Position numbers and translations under genes: made by a program. The notes beneath the pieces are model-generated. The model saw nothing but the letters and a program-made list of their open reading frames with translations, searched no databases and had not been told where the DNA came from. A stretch of 64,000 nucleotides of DNA, taken from the IMG/VR virus record IMGVR_UViG_3300023110_001943, positions 32,001 through 96,000 of that record; one strand, written 5' to 3'. The stretch is from a virus. Positions 28,101 to 38,298 of this stretch are shown piece by piece (position 1 is the first letter of the stretch; each line of letters opens with the position of its first letter).

Positions 28101-29048
28101 ATGAATTTAGGATACGCTTGTATTAACATGACTTTGGGTAAACAAAAACCTAAAGTAACTACTAATCGTTCAATGATTAAGAGAACCTTCTTAGAGAAGG
28201 GTGTTGAATATGCTGGTGAGTTAGGATTACAAAACTCACGAGATTTATTCACTATATTAGAATGGAACAATCAGAACAATATCAAAGTATTCAGATTATC
28301 ATCTGAAATGTTTCCATGGGCTTCTGAATATAACATTGATGAATCACCATACTATCGAAGAATACAAACGGTACTTCAGGCATGTGGTCATTACGCTAAA
28401 CAACATAGTATCAGAATTACCGCACATCCTGGTCCATTCAATGTACTTGTATCTCCAAGAGAAAATGTTGTAAAGAATACTATTACCGATTTGGAAATAC
28501 ATGGTAAAATATTTGATATGATTGGTTTATCTCGTACACCTTACAACAAACTTAATATTCATTGTAATGGTGTGTATGGTGATAAACAATCTGCTATGGA
28601 TAGATTCTGTAAGAACTTTGAGAAACTCTCTCCAGCAGTACAAGGTAGATTGACAGTAGAGAATGATGATAAAGAATCTATGTACTCAGTAAAAGATTTG
28701 ATGTACATACACGAAAGAATTGGTATTCCTATTGTATTTGATTATCATCACCATAAGTTTTGTACAGGTGGTTTAACAGAACAAGAGGCACTTGAATTGG
28801 CAATCTCTACATGGCCAAAAGATATCAAACCAATTGTTCACTATTCAGAATCAAAACAATTACATGAAAACAATGAGAAACTTAAACCACAAGCACATTC
28901 AGATTATATTAATGAGTTACCTAACTTATATGGTAATGATGTAGATGTTATGGTTGAATCCAAGGCTAAAGAACTTGCTATTCTTCCTTTTATTAAATCA
29001 AACAAATGTGAGTATAGTGGATTATTAAATGTAGAAAGTTATGTCTAA
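28101..29048 (+). CDS. uvsE: UV-damage endonuclease
   Basis: LGYACIN, FRLSS, HPGPF, ENDD, FDYHHH, HYSES, AHSD, ESKAKE. Confidence 0.93.
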   Translation: MNLGYACINMTLGKQKPKVTTNRSMIKRTFLEKGVEYAGELGLQNSRDLFTILEWNNQNNIKVFRLSSEMFPWASEYNIDESPYYRRIQTVLQACGHYAKQHSIRITAHPGPFNVLVSPRENVVKNTITDLEIHGKIFDMIGLSRTPYNKLNIHCNGVYGDKQSAMDRFCKNFEKLSPAVQGRLTVENDDKESMYSVKDLMYIHERIGIPIVFDYHHHKFCTGGLTEQEALELAISTWPKDIKPIVHYSESKQLHENNEKLKPQAHSDYINELPNLYGNDVDVMVESKAKELAILPFIKSNKCEYSGLLNVESYV

Positions 29049-29232
29049 ATTAAATAAGGATTTAAATATGGATAGAGGTAAAAGATTACAAAAATCAGAA
29101 TCTGCAAGAGAGAAAAGAAAAAAAGTTAAAGAAACCTTAGAAACAATAGAAAAAAGAAAATATGCTGATGCTAGAAATCTTAAAAAGAAATACAAGAAGA
29201 TTAAAGATAGACATCACGATAATAAACTATAA
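29041..29232 (+). CDS. Small basic protein
   Basis: ORF track. Confidence 0.55.
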   Translation: MSKLNKDLNMDRGKRLQKSESAREKRKKVKETLETIEKRKYADARNLKKKYKKIKDRHHDNKL

Positions 29233-29235
29233 GTT

Positions 29236-29499
29236 ATGAATAAATTAAAAATAGTAAAAAATCTAAAACAGATTAAAGAATTAATAGAAGAAGATGCTCC
29301 AATAATGGCAACTGAAAGAATAAAGTGGTTAATATCTGATATTGAAAAAGATTATACCATGTCTAAAGATGATATGGAATACAGACAAGGTAGAACTCAA
29401 TCACAAGTAGAATCAAATTACAAAGTTATGGAATGGGCTATTTATGGTTTAGTTCTTGTTGGTGGTTTCATTCTATTAAATGCATTATTATTGGGTTAG
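29236..29499 (+). CDS. Hypothetical protein with C-terminal TM helix
   Basis: ORF track. Confidence 0.6.
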   Translation: MNKLKIVKNLKQIKELIEEDAPIMATERIKWLISDIEKDYTMSKDDMEYRQGRTQSQVESNYKVMEWAIYGLVLVGGFILLNALLLG

Positions 29500-29714
29500 T
29501 GGGAAATTTAAATGCAAGTGTACCGGTAGTGGTAGTTCACAAGGGCCCTCGTAAAAACTCTAAAATTAAATTAGAGGTATTTAACCATATCCGACCGGAT
29601 GACATTATTGATTTAAATAAAAGAAAACCACTCATACCAAAGGAAAATGAAATTCTTGAAATAGGATGGGGTTCTTCATTTGAAGAGAAATATAAAAAAA
29701 AATATAAGTTGTGA
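29499..29714 (+). CDS. Hypothetical protein
   Basis: GTG start overlapping the previous stop preferred over 29433. Confidence 0.5.
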   Translation: MGNLNASVPVVVVHKGPRKNSKIKLEVFNHIRPDDIIDLNKRKPLIPKENEILEIGWGSSFEEKYKKKYKL

Positions 29715-31093
29715 AACTAAGAGAGAATCAAATAGAACCAGTAGCAATTGGAGTTGAGTTTTTTCGAACTCCAAAGATGAAACCATCGATTATCGTGGCA
29801 CCAACTGCCTTCGGTAAATCGATTGTTATCGCTGCAATTGCAAAAGAACTTGGTGAAAAGATTCTCGTATTACAACCATCAAAAGAACTTTTAGAACAAA
29901 ACTATAACAAGTTTATAACTCTCGGTGGAGAGGCATCTATCTATTCTGCTTCAATGGGAAGTAAAGAATTAGGTGATGTAACTTATGCAACAATTGGTTC
30001 AATAATCAATATTGCGTATAAGTTTAAAGAGATGGGGGTCACTAAGATTATCATAGATGAGTGTGATAGATATCCAAGAAACAAATCAGGTCAGCTGAGG
30101 AGATTTGTGGATGGTATGAAAGCAACTCATGTACTTGGTCTTACTGCAACCCCCTTAAAATTACAAACCAATATGGGAGATACTGGCCCATACTCAAAGT
30201 TGGTAATGTTAACAAATCGTTCTAAACATGGAACTTTCTTCAAGTATATTCTTCATGTTTCTCAGATTCAAGATATTGTTAAGTTAAACTATTGGACTCC
30301 ATTAGAATATCAATCTTATGATTTCGATACTGGTGCACTTGTTTACAATTCAAGTGGTGCTGAATATACACAAGAATCTATTGCTCGTTCTTATGAGAAC
30401 CAAAACATTGGTGATAAGATTGTAAAGAAGATTGAAGAAGTATATGATAGAAAATCTATTTTAGTTGCAGTACCAACAATAGAACAGGCAACTGATTTGG
30501 CAAGAAAGATTCCACAAGCAGCGGTAGTTCATGGTGGAACTCCAACTGCAGAGAGAAACAGAATCATAGAAGAATTTAGAAACCAACAAATACGAGTTAT
30601 CGTACAAGTAAATGTACTTACAGTTGGATTCGATTATCCTGAATTAGATTGTTTGATTACAGGTAGACCAACAGCATCAATCTCTTGGTGGTATCAGTTC
30701 GTTGGTAGAGGAACTCGTATCCACGAACAAAAGAAAGATTGTTTAGTGGTTGATTTCGTAGGTTCAGTAGAAAAGTTTGGTAAAGTAGAAGAACTTTATT
30801 ACAAAGATACTGGTGGTGAAGAATGGGAATTATTTGGTGAAGGTAAAAAACAAATCACAGGTATCCCAATGCATGAAATAGGAATCCACTTAGAAGGTGG
30901 TATCAATCTTGCAGAGAAAACAAACGAAGATGGTGATATAGAAAAGGTTTATATGACCTTCGGAAAATATAAAGGTAAGCCAGTAGCATCAATACCACCT
31001 TATTACAGAAAGTGGCTGATTGATAATATTACTTGGGGGCCTTGGAATATGAAAGTAAAAGAAGAGATAGAAAGATTAGGAAATTTAAAATAA
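29711..31093 (+). CDS. Superfamily 2 helicase (UvsW/RadD-like)
   Basis: APTAFGKS, DECD, GLTATP, LTVGFD, QFVGRGTR; C-terminal MTFGKYKG module. Confidence 0.9.
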   Translation: MKLRENQIEPVAIGVEFFRTPKMKPSIIVAPTAFGKSIVIAAIAKELGEKILVLQPSKELLEQNYNKFITLGGEASIYSASMGSKELGDVTYATIGSIINIAYKFKEMGVTKIIIDECDRYPRNKSGQLRRFVDGMKATHVLGLTATPLKLQTNMGDTGPYSKLVMLTNRSKHGTFFKYILHVSQIQDIVKLNYWTPLEYQSYDFDTGALVYNSSGAEYTQESIARSYENQNIGDKIVKKIEEVYDRKSILVAVPTIEQATDLARKIPQAAVVHGGTPTAERNRIIEEFRNQQIRVIVQVNVLTVGFDYPELDCLITGRPTASISWWYQFVGRGTRIHEQKKDCLVVDFVGSVEKFGKVEELYYKDTGGEEWELFGEGKKQITGIPMHEIGIHLEGGINLAEKTNEDGDIEKVYMTFGKYKGKPVASIPPYYRKWLIDNITWGPWNMKVKEEIERLGNLK

Positions 31094-31107
31094 TTTTCGT
31101 ATATTTG
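31071..31107 (+). promoter_or_regulatory. Bacteroidetes-type early promoter
   Basis: TTAG-N20-TATATTTG; ATG only 4 nt downstream. Confidence 0.75.
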
Positions 31108-31111
31108 TAGT

Positions 31112-32128
31112 ATGAATACATTAGATAAACAATATCAAGATTTACTCCAATACATTTTAGAGTATGGAGTATCTAAAGAAGATAGAACTGGTACAGGTAC
31201 AATCTCTACATTCAGTAGACAAATCAGACACAACTTAAATGATGGATTCCCATTACTCACCACAAAGAAAATGGCCATTAAATCTGTAATGACCGAACTA
31301 AAATGGTTCTTAAAGGGAGATACTAACATTAAGTACTTGGTGGATAATGGATGTAACATTTGGAATGGTGATGCATATAAGAATTACGCAAGTATTGAAT
31401 GCAATCCACCACACGACCATTCATTGAGTATGATTGAATTTATTGATAAGATTAAGACCGATGATGAGTTTGCTAAAAAATGGGGTGAATTAGGTCCTAT
31501 CTATGGTAAACAATGGAGAAAATGGTCTGTTTATAACTTAGAAAAACTTATAGTTCAAGTTGACCAAATTTCAAATCTAATCAAGGAACTTAAAACAAAT
31601 CCTGATAGTAGAAGATTAATGGTATCTGCTTGGAATGTTGGTGAGTTAGATGAAATGGTTTTACCCCCTTGTCATTATGGATTCCAAGTTTATACACGAT
31701 TACTTGATTTAGATGAAAGAATTGCGTATTACAATAACAACAATGTACCTCTTGGTAAATCATCAGATTACTTCCACGAACATTTAGATGATATGGGTGT
31801 TCCTCGTAGAGTTGTTTCCCTAATGTGGAATCAACGAAGTGTAGATACATTCTTGGGATTACCATTTAATATAGCATCTTATGCTATGTTATTACACTTG
31901 ATTGCAAAAGAGGTAAATATGATACCTGGTGAAATCATTGGTAATCTTGGTGATACTCACTTGTACAAAAATCATATCGAACAAGCAGAAGAACAAATCT
32001 CACGAGAACCAAAACCACATCTACCAAAATTGAAATTGAGTAATGTGGATATTTTAAATGGTGAGTTTGATTATGAAATTTTACACTACCATTCTCACCC
32101 AACAATTAAAGCACCTTTAAGTAATTAA
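31112..32128 (+). CDS. thyA: Thymidylate synthase
   Basis: DRTGTGT, LGPIYGKQWR, LPPCH, QRSVDTFLGLPFNIASY. Confidence 0.97.
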   Translation: MNTLDKQYQDLLQYILEYGVSKEDRTGTGTISTFSRQIRHNLNDGFPLLTTKKMAIKSVMTELKWFLKGDTNIKYLVDNGCNIWNGDAYKNYASIECNPPHDHSLSMIEFIDKIKTDDEFAKKWGELGPIYGKQWRKWSVYNLEKLIVQVDQISNLIKELKTNPDSRRLMVSAWNVGELDEMVLPPCHYGFQVYTRLLDLDERIAYYNNNNVPLGKSSDYFHEHLDDMGVPRRVVSLMWNQRSVDTFLGLPFNIASYAMLLHLIAKEVNMIPGEIIGNLGDTHLYKNHIEQAEEQISREPKPHLPKLKLSNVDILNGEFDYEILHYHSHPTIKAPLSN

Positions 32129-32129
32129 T

Positions 32130-32300
32130 ATGGAACATTTAAGATTATACGAGTTAAAGATTAAAGAACTCGAAAAAGAAAATTTAGAATTAAGACAACA
32201 ACTTGAAAAACAAGAGTTGATTAAACAAGGATATAAAGAAGAAGTTGCAAAATGGAATAAAAAGTATAAAGATTTAAAATCACAGATTCAAAATGGATAA
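32130..32300 (+). CDS. Small coiled-coil protein
   Basis: Read manually. Confidence 0.5.
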   Translation: MEHLRLYELKIKELEKENLELRQQLEKQELIKQGYKEEVAKWNKKYKDLKSQIQNG

Positions 32301-32395
32301 GGAAGAAAAAATTCAAAAAATCTTAGAGTTAAAAATGGTTAAACCACAAACTCAAAAAATTAAAAAAGAAATTCAAAAATTACAACAAGAATTAG

Positions 32396-32578
32396 ATGAG
32401 AAAATTTAGAAGAAGTAAAACTGAAAGAAGTTTAGCTGGTATATGTGGTGGGTTAGGAAACTATACTGATTCAGACCCATTGTTATGGAGATTACTTTTT
32501 ATACTCCTTTTCTTTATACCATCAGTGCCAATTTTTATTTTATATATTATAACAACTCTGATAACTAAATCAGAATAA
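32396..32578 (+). CDS. pspC: PspC domain protein
   Basis: RSKTERSLAGICGGLGNY...DPLLWRL. Confidence 0.85.
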   Translation: MRKFRRSKTERSLAGICGGLGNYTDSDPLLWRLLFILLFFIPSVPIFILYIITTLITKSE

Positions 32579-33201
32579 TGAAACGAGTTAAGATTGTAAT
32601 TGGTTCTAACTATAATTTAGAGTTTTTACAGGAAGCATTAGAAGATAAAAATCTTTTAGTTTATTCATTTGAACCAAATCCTAAAATAGTAAAACAATGT
32701 ATTACAAATAACATTATTCCAAATAATTACAACTTAATAGAAAAAGCGGTATCAAACAAAAAAGGAAAATTTAAGTTTAATATATCAAATGATTCTTATT
32801 CTGTATTTTCAAGTTTAAATAAAATTAAAAGAAAAAATAATTTATTTTTTGAAAATATTTTTGTAGAAACAATTACAATGAAAGATTTTATTGAATTAGA
32901 AAAAATAAAAGAAATAGAATATTTACACATCGATTCACAAGGAAGTGATTTGGATGTATTAAAGGGATTTGGTTCTAAAATAGATATAGTAAAAGAAGGT
33001 GTTTGTGAAAGTATGGCACCTGATTTAGATTGGACTTTATATGAAAATCAATCTTCATTTGAAGATTTTCAAGAATTCTTTTTTTCAAAAGGATTTGATA
33101 TATCTTACAAACCAAATACAGGTGGTATAGGAGAAAACGAAGTGAATATATTTTTTAAAAAAACAAAAGATAAACCAAAATTAATTAAAACAATCATATG
33201 A
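32578..33201 (+). CDS. FkbM-family methyltransferase
   Basis: SFEPNP, KAVS, YLHIDSQGSDLDVLKG. Confidence 0.8.
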   Translation: MKRVKIVIGSNYNLEFLQEALEDKNLLVYSFEPNPKIVKQCITNNIIPNNYNLIEKAVSNKKGKFKFNISNDSYSVFSSLNKIKRKNNLFFENIFVETITMKDFIELEKIKEIEYLHIDSQGSDLDVLKGFGSKIDIVKEGVCESMAPDLDWTLYENQSSFEDFQEFFFSKGFDISYKPNTGGIGENEVNIFFKKTKDKPKLIKTII

Positions 33202-34163
33202 TTAGAACAGCAGAATGTGTATCACCGATGCACCCAGATAAAATGTGTGATAGGATTTCAGACACACTTTTAGATTTATACTTAGAAGGAGACCCAAACT
33301 CACGATGTGCAATTGAAACCTGTGGGGGATTGGGAGAAGTTTATATAACAGGTGAAGTTACTTCTAATACAAATGTAACAAAGGATGAAATTATCAAAGC
33401 TGTACATCAAGTAACAAATGATAATACAATCAAAGTAATTATAAACTTAAATTCACAATCACCAGAGATTGCTCAAGGAGTTGATACTGGTGGAGCAGGA
33501 GACCAAGGAATTATGATTGGTTATGCTTGTAGAGATAACGAACAATTCTTACCTCAAGAATATTATCTATCAAGAGAACTAAATAAGTTCGTATTTGATA
33601 AGTATCCTTATGATGGTAAAACACAAGTAACAATGAATGGTAACTCATTAAGAGTTGTATGTTCATTTCAGAATGCACCAGCAGGTGAATTAGAAAAATT
33701 AGTAATGCAATACTTTGAAGATTTCCCTCAGTATCATATTGAATCATTACATTGTAATCCTGCAGGTGATTGGAACATTGGTGGGTTTACCGCCGATGCT
33801 GGGTTGACTGGTAGAAAGTTAGCAGTTGATAATTATGGCCCAAGAGTTCCACTTGGTGGTGGAGCATTTAGTGGTAAAGATTGTACTAAAGTTGATAGAA
33901 GTGCAGCTTATATGGCAAGAAGAATTGCAGTAGATATTTTAGAACAAAGACCAGAGGTACAAGAAGTTATGGTTCAACTTGCTTATGCAATTGGATATGA
34001 CCAACCACTTCAAGCAACTGCTATCGTCGATGGAGAACACGAATTTATCAAAGGATATGATTTATCACCAAAAGGAATTATTGATTTCTTAGATTTAAGA
34101 AAACCGGTATTTGGTGAAAGTGCTTCATTTGGACATATGGGTGCTGGGTTCTCATGGAAATAA
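33198..34163 (+). CDS. metK: S-adenosylmethionine synthetase
   Basis: HPDKMCDRISD, GAGDQG, GLTGRK, GGGAFSGKD, KVDRSAAY. Confidence 0.96.
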   Translation: MIRTAECVSPMHPDKMCDRISDTLLDLYLEGDPNSRCAIETCGGLGEVYITGEVTSNTNVTKDEIIKAVHQVTNDNTIKVIINLNSQSPEIAQGVDTGGAGDQGIMIGYACRDNEQFLPQEYYLSRELNKFVFDKYPYDGKTQVTMNGNSLRVVCSFQNAPAGELEKLVMQYFEDFPQYHIESLHCNPAGDWNIGGFTADAGLTGRKLAVDNYGPRVPLGGGAFSGKDCTKVDRSAAYMARRIAVDILEQRPEVQEVMVQLAYAIGYDQPLQATAIVDGEHEFIKGYDLSPKGIIDFLDLRKPVFGESASFGHMGAGFSWK

Positions 34164-34747
34164 AAGATGGAGGCATATTAATAATATCAGGACCTCGTAC
34201 AGGTTCAACTAATCTTTTAAAAAGTATTAGTTCTGCTTATAATAAAAAAGAAAGGTTCGAACCTGATATTGTTAAAAAATGGCCACCATATGATTCGAGT
34301 AGTGATGTAGTAAAGTTTGTGCCATTGTGGGCTCACCATCTTAGTAAGGATGGAGATTTACTTTCTAATCATACTCCGTTTTACAAAGGAGTTATAGATA
34401 GTACAAAAGAATTTAATACTGTAATTTTACTAAGTAGAAGAAACAGAGAAGAGCAACTTGAATCTTTATATGTACTTGGTAAGTATCAATATACAGTAAA
34501 TAAAAAGTGGGGAATCGAAAAAGAAATAGATAAAGAATCTCATTATTGGAAATATATTACAAATTGGATGAATCATTTGGATATTGTAATGAATAATTTA
34601 TCACAAGATTTAAATCTTCCAATCGATTATTACGAAGATGTTTATAAAAATAAATCATTAATAAATAAAAATATAAAACTTGATTTAGAATATTTCAAAC
34701 CAAAATATAAGTTGAGGCAAGAAATAAAACCAAAAAGACTTGTTTAA
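34154..34747 (+). CDS. Sulfotransferase-like protein
   Basis: GPRTGST PAPS loop, EP, LSRRN...S, YYED. Confidence 0.65.
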   Translation: MEIKDGGILIISGPRTGSTNLLKSISSAYNKKERFEPDIVKKWPPYDSSSDVVKFVPLWAHHLSKDGDLLSNHTPFYKGVIDSTKEFNTVILLSRRNREEQLESLYVLGKYQYTVNKKWGIEKEIDKESHYWKYITNWMNHLDIVMNNLSQDLNLPIDYYEDVYKNKSLINKNIKLDLEYFKPKYKLRQEIKPKRLV

Positions 34748-34770
34748 TTAATAAAAAATTCGTATATTTG
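34734..34770 (+). promoter_or_regulatory. Bacteroidetes-type early promoter
   Basis: AAGACTTG-N20-TATATTTG; ATG 4 nt downstream. Confidence 0.8.
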
Positions 34771-34774
34771 TATT

Positions 34775-35251
34775 ATGAAAAAATATAAAGTTATTTTAAT
34801 TAGTGGTGGATTTGACCCTGTTCATAAAGGCCACATAGAATGTATCCAAAATGCAAAAGAACTTTCAGATGAAGTTTGGATTGGACTCAACAATGATAGA
34901 TGGTTGAGAAATAAAAAAGGAAAATCATTTATGGATGAAAAAGAAAGAGCATTCGTAATGGATAATATAAAGGGAGTAGATTGGGTTTATATTATGAATC
35001 CCAAAATTCAAAACGATGAAACCGCTGTAGATTTCATTGATGCTGCCAGACACAAATACATGAGAGAACGAGGTACATGGGAAACTGGTATCATGGCTTT
35101 CGGTAATGGTGGTGATAGAGTTGCAGGTGGAGTTCCTGCAACAGAAGAAGATGTTTGTAAAGGATATGGAATCGATATGGTTTGGGGATTAGGAAATAAA
35201 GTTCAATCATCTTCTTGGTTACTTGAAAAATACCACAATACCGCAGTTTAA
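34775..35251 (+). CDS. Cytidylyltransferase-family nucleotidyltransferase
   Basis: GGFDPVHKGH, NGGDR, KVQSSS. Confidence 0.88.
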   Translation: MKKYKVILISGGFDPVHKGHIECIQNAKELSDEVWIGLNNDRWLRNKKGKSFMDEKERAFVMDNIKGVDWVYIMNPKIQNDETAVDFIDAARHKYMRERGTWETGIMAFGNGGDRVAGGVPATEEDVCKGYGIDMVWGLGNKVQSSSWLLEKYHNTAV

Positions 35252-35271
35252 TTTAATACAATATAACCACT

Positions 35272-35511
35272 ATGAATATAAATGAATTAGTAGAAACCTA
35301 TCCAAATGATATGGAGTTGGGTTCTAAAGTTAGAGAATTATATTGGAAAGAAAGAAAACTTTCCGATGAGTTAAATGAAAAAATGAAAGATGCAAAAATT
35401 TATGAATCACCAGATGGGGGTAAAACAATTTACGAAAGACCATGGGGTGGTAATGTATCTGAAAGAAAGCTTGTAACAAACCAATTAAATTTATTCGATG
35501 AAATTAATTAA
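35272..35511 (+). CDS. Hypothetical protein
   Basis: YPNDMELG and IYESPDGGKTIY motifs. Confidence 0.65.
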   Translation: MNINELVETYPNDMELGSKVRELYWKERKLSDELNEKMKDAKIYESPDGGKTIYERPWGGNVSERKLVTNQLNLFDEIN

Positions 35512-36115
35512 AGACCCAAATAAATTAAAAACTCCATTGGAATCAAAACCAATGACACAGGAAGAGATAAATTCTATATCTACAACTCTTTTACAAGAAC
35601 TAACAAGACATGGTGGTATTGGATTATCAGCAAATCAAATTGGGTTAGATGTTCGTGCTTGTGTAATTAATGTAAAAGAACCTTTGGTATTGATAAACCC
35701 AAGAGTAACTGAAGTATCTGATGATGTAGTTGCTTATGTAGAACAATGTTTATCAATTCCTAAATCAATGCGTAAACCTGTTAAAACCGTAAGACATAAA
35801 TCATTTACAGTAGAGTGTGATAACTTGGGAACAGTTATATTTTCACCAGATTCAGAAACAAATACATGGAAAGATTCTAATGAATTTTTTTCAGATGAAG
35901 GATTATTAGAGTGTGTTTGTGCTCAACACGAGATTGACCACTTAGATGGTATATTGATAACTGATTCACGAAGAAGATATTCTGCAACATATACTGCACC
36001 AAAAAAGTATGGTAGAAACGAAAGAGTAATGGTAAAATTATCCAACGGAACTACCGAATTTATGAAATACAAAAAAGCAGAACCTTTATTAAAGTTAGGT
36101 GCTGAAATCTTATAA
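35498..36115 (+). CDS. def: Peptide deformylase
   Basis: GIGLSANQIG, EQCLS, QHEIDH. Confidence 0.93.
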   Translation: MKLIKDPNKLKTPLESKPMTQEEINSISTTLLQELTRHGGIGLSANQIGLDVRACVINVKEPLVLINPRVTEVSDDVVAYVEQCLSIPKSMRKPVKTVRHKSFTVECDNLGTVIFSPDSETNTWKDSNEFFSDEGLLECVCAQHEIDHLDGILITDSRRRYSATYTAPKKYGRNERVMVKLSNGTTEFMKYKKAEPLLKLGAEIL

Positions 36116-36126
36116 TATTACGAAAA

Positions 36127-36390
36127 ATGGGAAAACTTATATTTAGATATACCGATGAAGAGTTCTTAAATATACAAAGAGAAGCTTCAAAAATAGAATT
36201 CGATGTACCGGATGATATGGATATGAATGAATTCAAAGTTATGTGTGTTAGATTAGCTTCAGCTATGGGTTATCATGAAAAATCTATAAAGAGAGCTTTT
36301 GGAGATTTAATTTTTGGAGATGATAATCCAAACACAATAAAGGAACTATTAGATGACCTCAATATCAAAGTTAGCAATAAAAAATCTTAA
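36127..36390 (+). CDS. Hypothetical protein
   Basis: ORF track. Confidence 0.6.
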   Translation: MGKLIFRYTDEEFLNIQREASKIEFDVPDDMDMNEFKVMCVRLASAMGYHEKSIKRAFGDLIFGDDNPNTIKELLDDLNIKVSNKKS

Positions 36391-36610
36391 CGATAGAATT
36401 CTTACTCAGAACATAATCATGCAAACTCTTATGGATATTATTCTTGAGAATGGATTGGTTACGGAAAAAGAATTAGAATTAAGAATACAAAAAAATATAG
36501 AAGGGTTAGAAAATACCCTTACTCGATTACGAGAAGATTCCTCTGAAGAATCAAAAATCACAGAAGAGGAACTGAACGGTCTTTACTTCGGGCCGGTTGG
36601 AGAAGCATAA
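36353..36610 (+). CDS. Hypothetical protein
   Basis: ORF track. Confidence 0.6.
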   Translation: MTSISKLAIKNLNDRILTQNIIMQTLMDIILENGLVTEKELELRIQKNIEGLENTLTRLREDSSEESKITEEELNGLYFGPVGEA

Positions 36611-36627
36611 AAGTTTTTATCAATTTA

Positions 36628-36659
36628 TTAGGAATATTCGAAAATTTTTCGTATATTTG
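36628..36659 (+). promoter_or_regulatory. Bacteroidetes-type early promoter
   Basis: TTAG-N20-TATATTTG. Confidence 0.75.
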
Positions 36660-36694
36660 TAAGAGAAGTATGTTTAAAAAAAGGAGTAATCCCG

Positions 36695-37279
36695 ATGAAA
36701 AAACAGATATTAATAATAATCATAACAATGATTACATCATTAAGTTTAGTTAGTTTTACACATAACTACTTAAAGGCAAACACAACAAAGGTTTCTAAAA
36801 TAGAAACAAAACCAATTAAAACAGTTAAAGTTGAAATAAAACCTATTGAAATAGAAATAAATCAACACGATATGTTTCTTGATGCAATAGGACACCGAGA
36901 ATCATCAAACCGATACGATGTAGTAAATGGTTGGGGTTATATGGGAAAATACCAATTCGGTAGAAGAACTCTAAAGGCATTAGGTTATGATGTTTCAAAA
37001 AAAGAGTTTCTTAATTCACCTTACTTACAAGAACAGGCAATGTTAGATTTACTTAATCATAATAAAAAAATACTCAACAATTATATTGAATATTGGGATG
37101 GTAAGAAAATCAATGGTAACGTAATTACTGAAAGTGGAATATTAGCTGCAGCACACTTAGCAGGGCCTGGTAATGTTAAACGATTCTTAAAAAAAGGAGA
37201 AGAGTTTAAAGATGGTAATGGTACAAAGTTAACTTCATACCTTACCGAATTTAGTGGATATAAATTAAATTTAGATTAA
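36695..37279 (+). CDS. Lysozyme-like/lytic transglycosylase with N-terminal signal or anchor
   Basis: RESS...N...GYMGKYQF...AAAHLAG. Confidence 0.75.
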   Translation: MKKQILIIIITMITSLSLVSFTHNYLKANTTKVSKIETKPIKTVKVEIKPIEIEINQHDMFLDAIGHRESSNRYDVVNGWGYMGKYQFGRRTLKALGYDVSKKEFLNSPYLQEQAMLDLLNHNKKILNNYIEYWDGKKINGNVITESGILAAAHLAGPGNVKRFLKKGEEFKDGNGTKLTSYLTEFSGYKLNLD

Positions 37280-37280
37280 T

Positions 37281-37556
37281 ATGTTAGAAATATTTACTAC
37301 CTACAACATCATTGTGGGTATCTCAGTAATACTTAATATTATTTTACTGATTGGTGTTAGAAACTTACTACGCCAAAATGAACAACTTGAAGATAGATTA
37401 GTTAATACTAATTTATCAGTTCAAGATAAAGTACAGAATGCATTAAATGAAATGCGAAAGATAGATACAAGACAGGCATTTGAAAAAGATGATGAGGTTG
37501 GAGTTACATTTGATGGGTTAAAAAAAATAGTAGAGGACTTAAATAACGAATTATAA
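37281..37556 (+). CDS. Membrane-anchored coiled-coil protein
   Basis: N-terminal TM helix. Confidence 0.6.
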   Translation: MLEIFTTYNIIVGISVILNIILLIGVRNLLRQNEQLEDRLVNTNLSVQDKVQNALNEMRKIDTRQAFEKDDEVGVTFDGLKKIVEDLNNEL

Positions 37557-37560
37557 AAAT

Positions 37561-38289
37561 ATGCCAAGACCAAGAAGAAAAAAATCCAAAATATATTTTG
37601 GTACTCCTGCACAAGAAGCAATTATAGAATATAACAACTCTAAAGACCCCGCAGAAAGGTCTAAAATTTACGAAGAAAGAATTAAATATCCATTCGAAAA
37701 ACTTGCAGAAAATGTTTTAAATACATTTAAGTTTACTTACTTTGATGTTCCAAAAAAAGATATCCAAATGGAAGTAGTTTCTACGATGGTAGAAAAAATG
37801 CATATGTTTAAAGAAGGTAAGGGTAGGGCATTTTCTTACTTTACTATTATTGCAAAGAACCATTTAATTTTAAAGAACAATGGTAATTACAAAAGATGGA
37901 AACAAAACGCGTTACTATCACAAATGCCAGAAACTTGGAATCCTGAAAATGATTTTTATGAAGTAGAAGAAAATACTGAGTTTAAAGAATTTAAAGATAT
38001 TATGTTGGAGTATTGGGATAGAAATCTAACAATAATTTTTAATAAAAAAAGAGATATACAAATCGCAGATGCAGTATTAGAATTATTCAGAAGGTCAGAA
38101 CATATAGAAAACTTTAATAAAAAACATTTATATCTACTTATAAGAGAAATGACCGATTGTAAAACTCATTATATTACCAAAGTTGTAAATGTAATGAAAC
38201 AACATCAGAAAAAAATGTTAAATGAATATTTAGAAACAGGTCAGTTTAATGATATTCAACAAGAATTTTGGGATAACGAAAATTATTAA
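37561..38289 (+). CDS. Phage sigma-factor-like protein (candidate late sigma, gp55-like)
   Basis: Region-2-like F...KGRAFSYFTIIAKN. Confidence 0.65.
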   Translation: MPRPRRKKSKIYFGTPAQEAIIEYNNSKDPAERSKIYEERIKYPFEKLAENVLNTFKFTYFDVPKKDIQMEVVSTMVEKMHMFKEGKGRAFSYFTIIAKNHLILKNNGNYKRWKQNALLSQMPETWNPENDFYEVEENTEFKEFKDIMLEYWDRNLTIIFNKKRDIQIADAVLELFRRSEHIENFNKKHLYLLIREMTDCKTHYITKVVNVMKQHQKKMLNEYLETGQFNDIQQEFWDNENY

Positions 38290-38298
38290 AAAAAAAGA

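Noticed and set aside
31112-32128. Intron or intein in thyA
   Set aside because: The ORF is continuous; extra segments are short loops without splicing motifs
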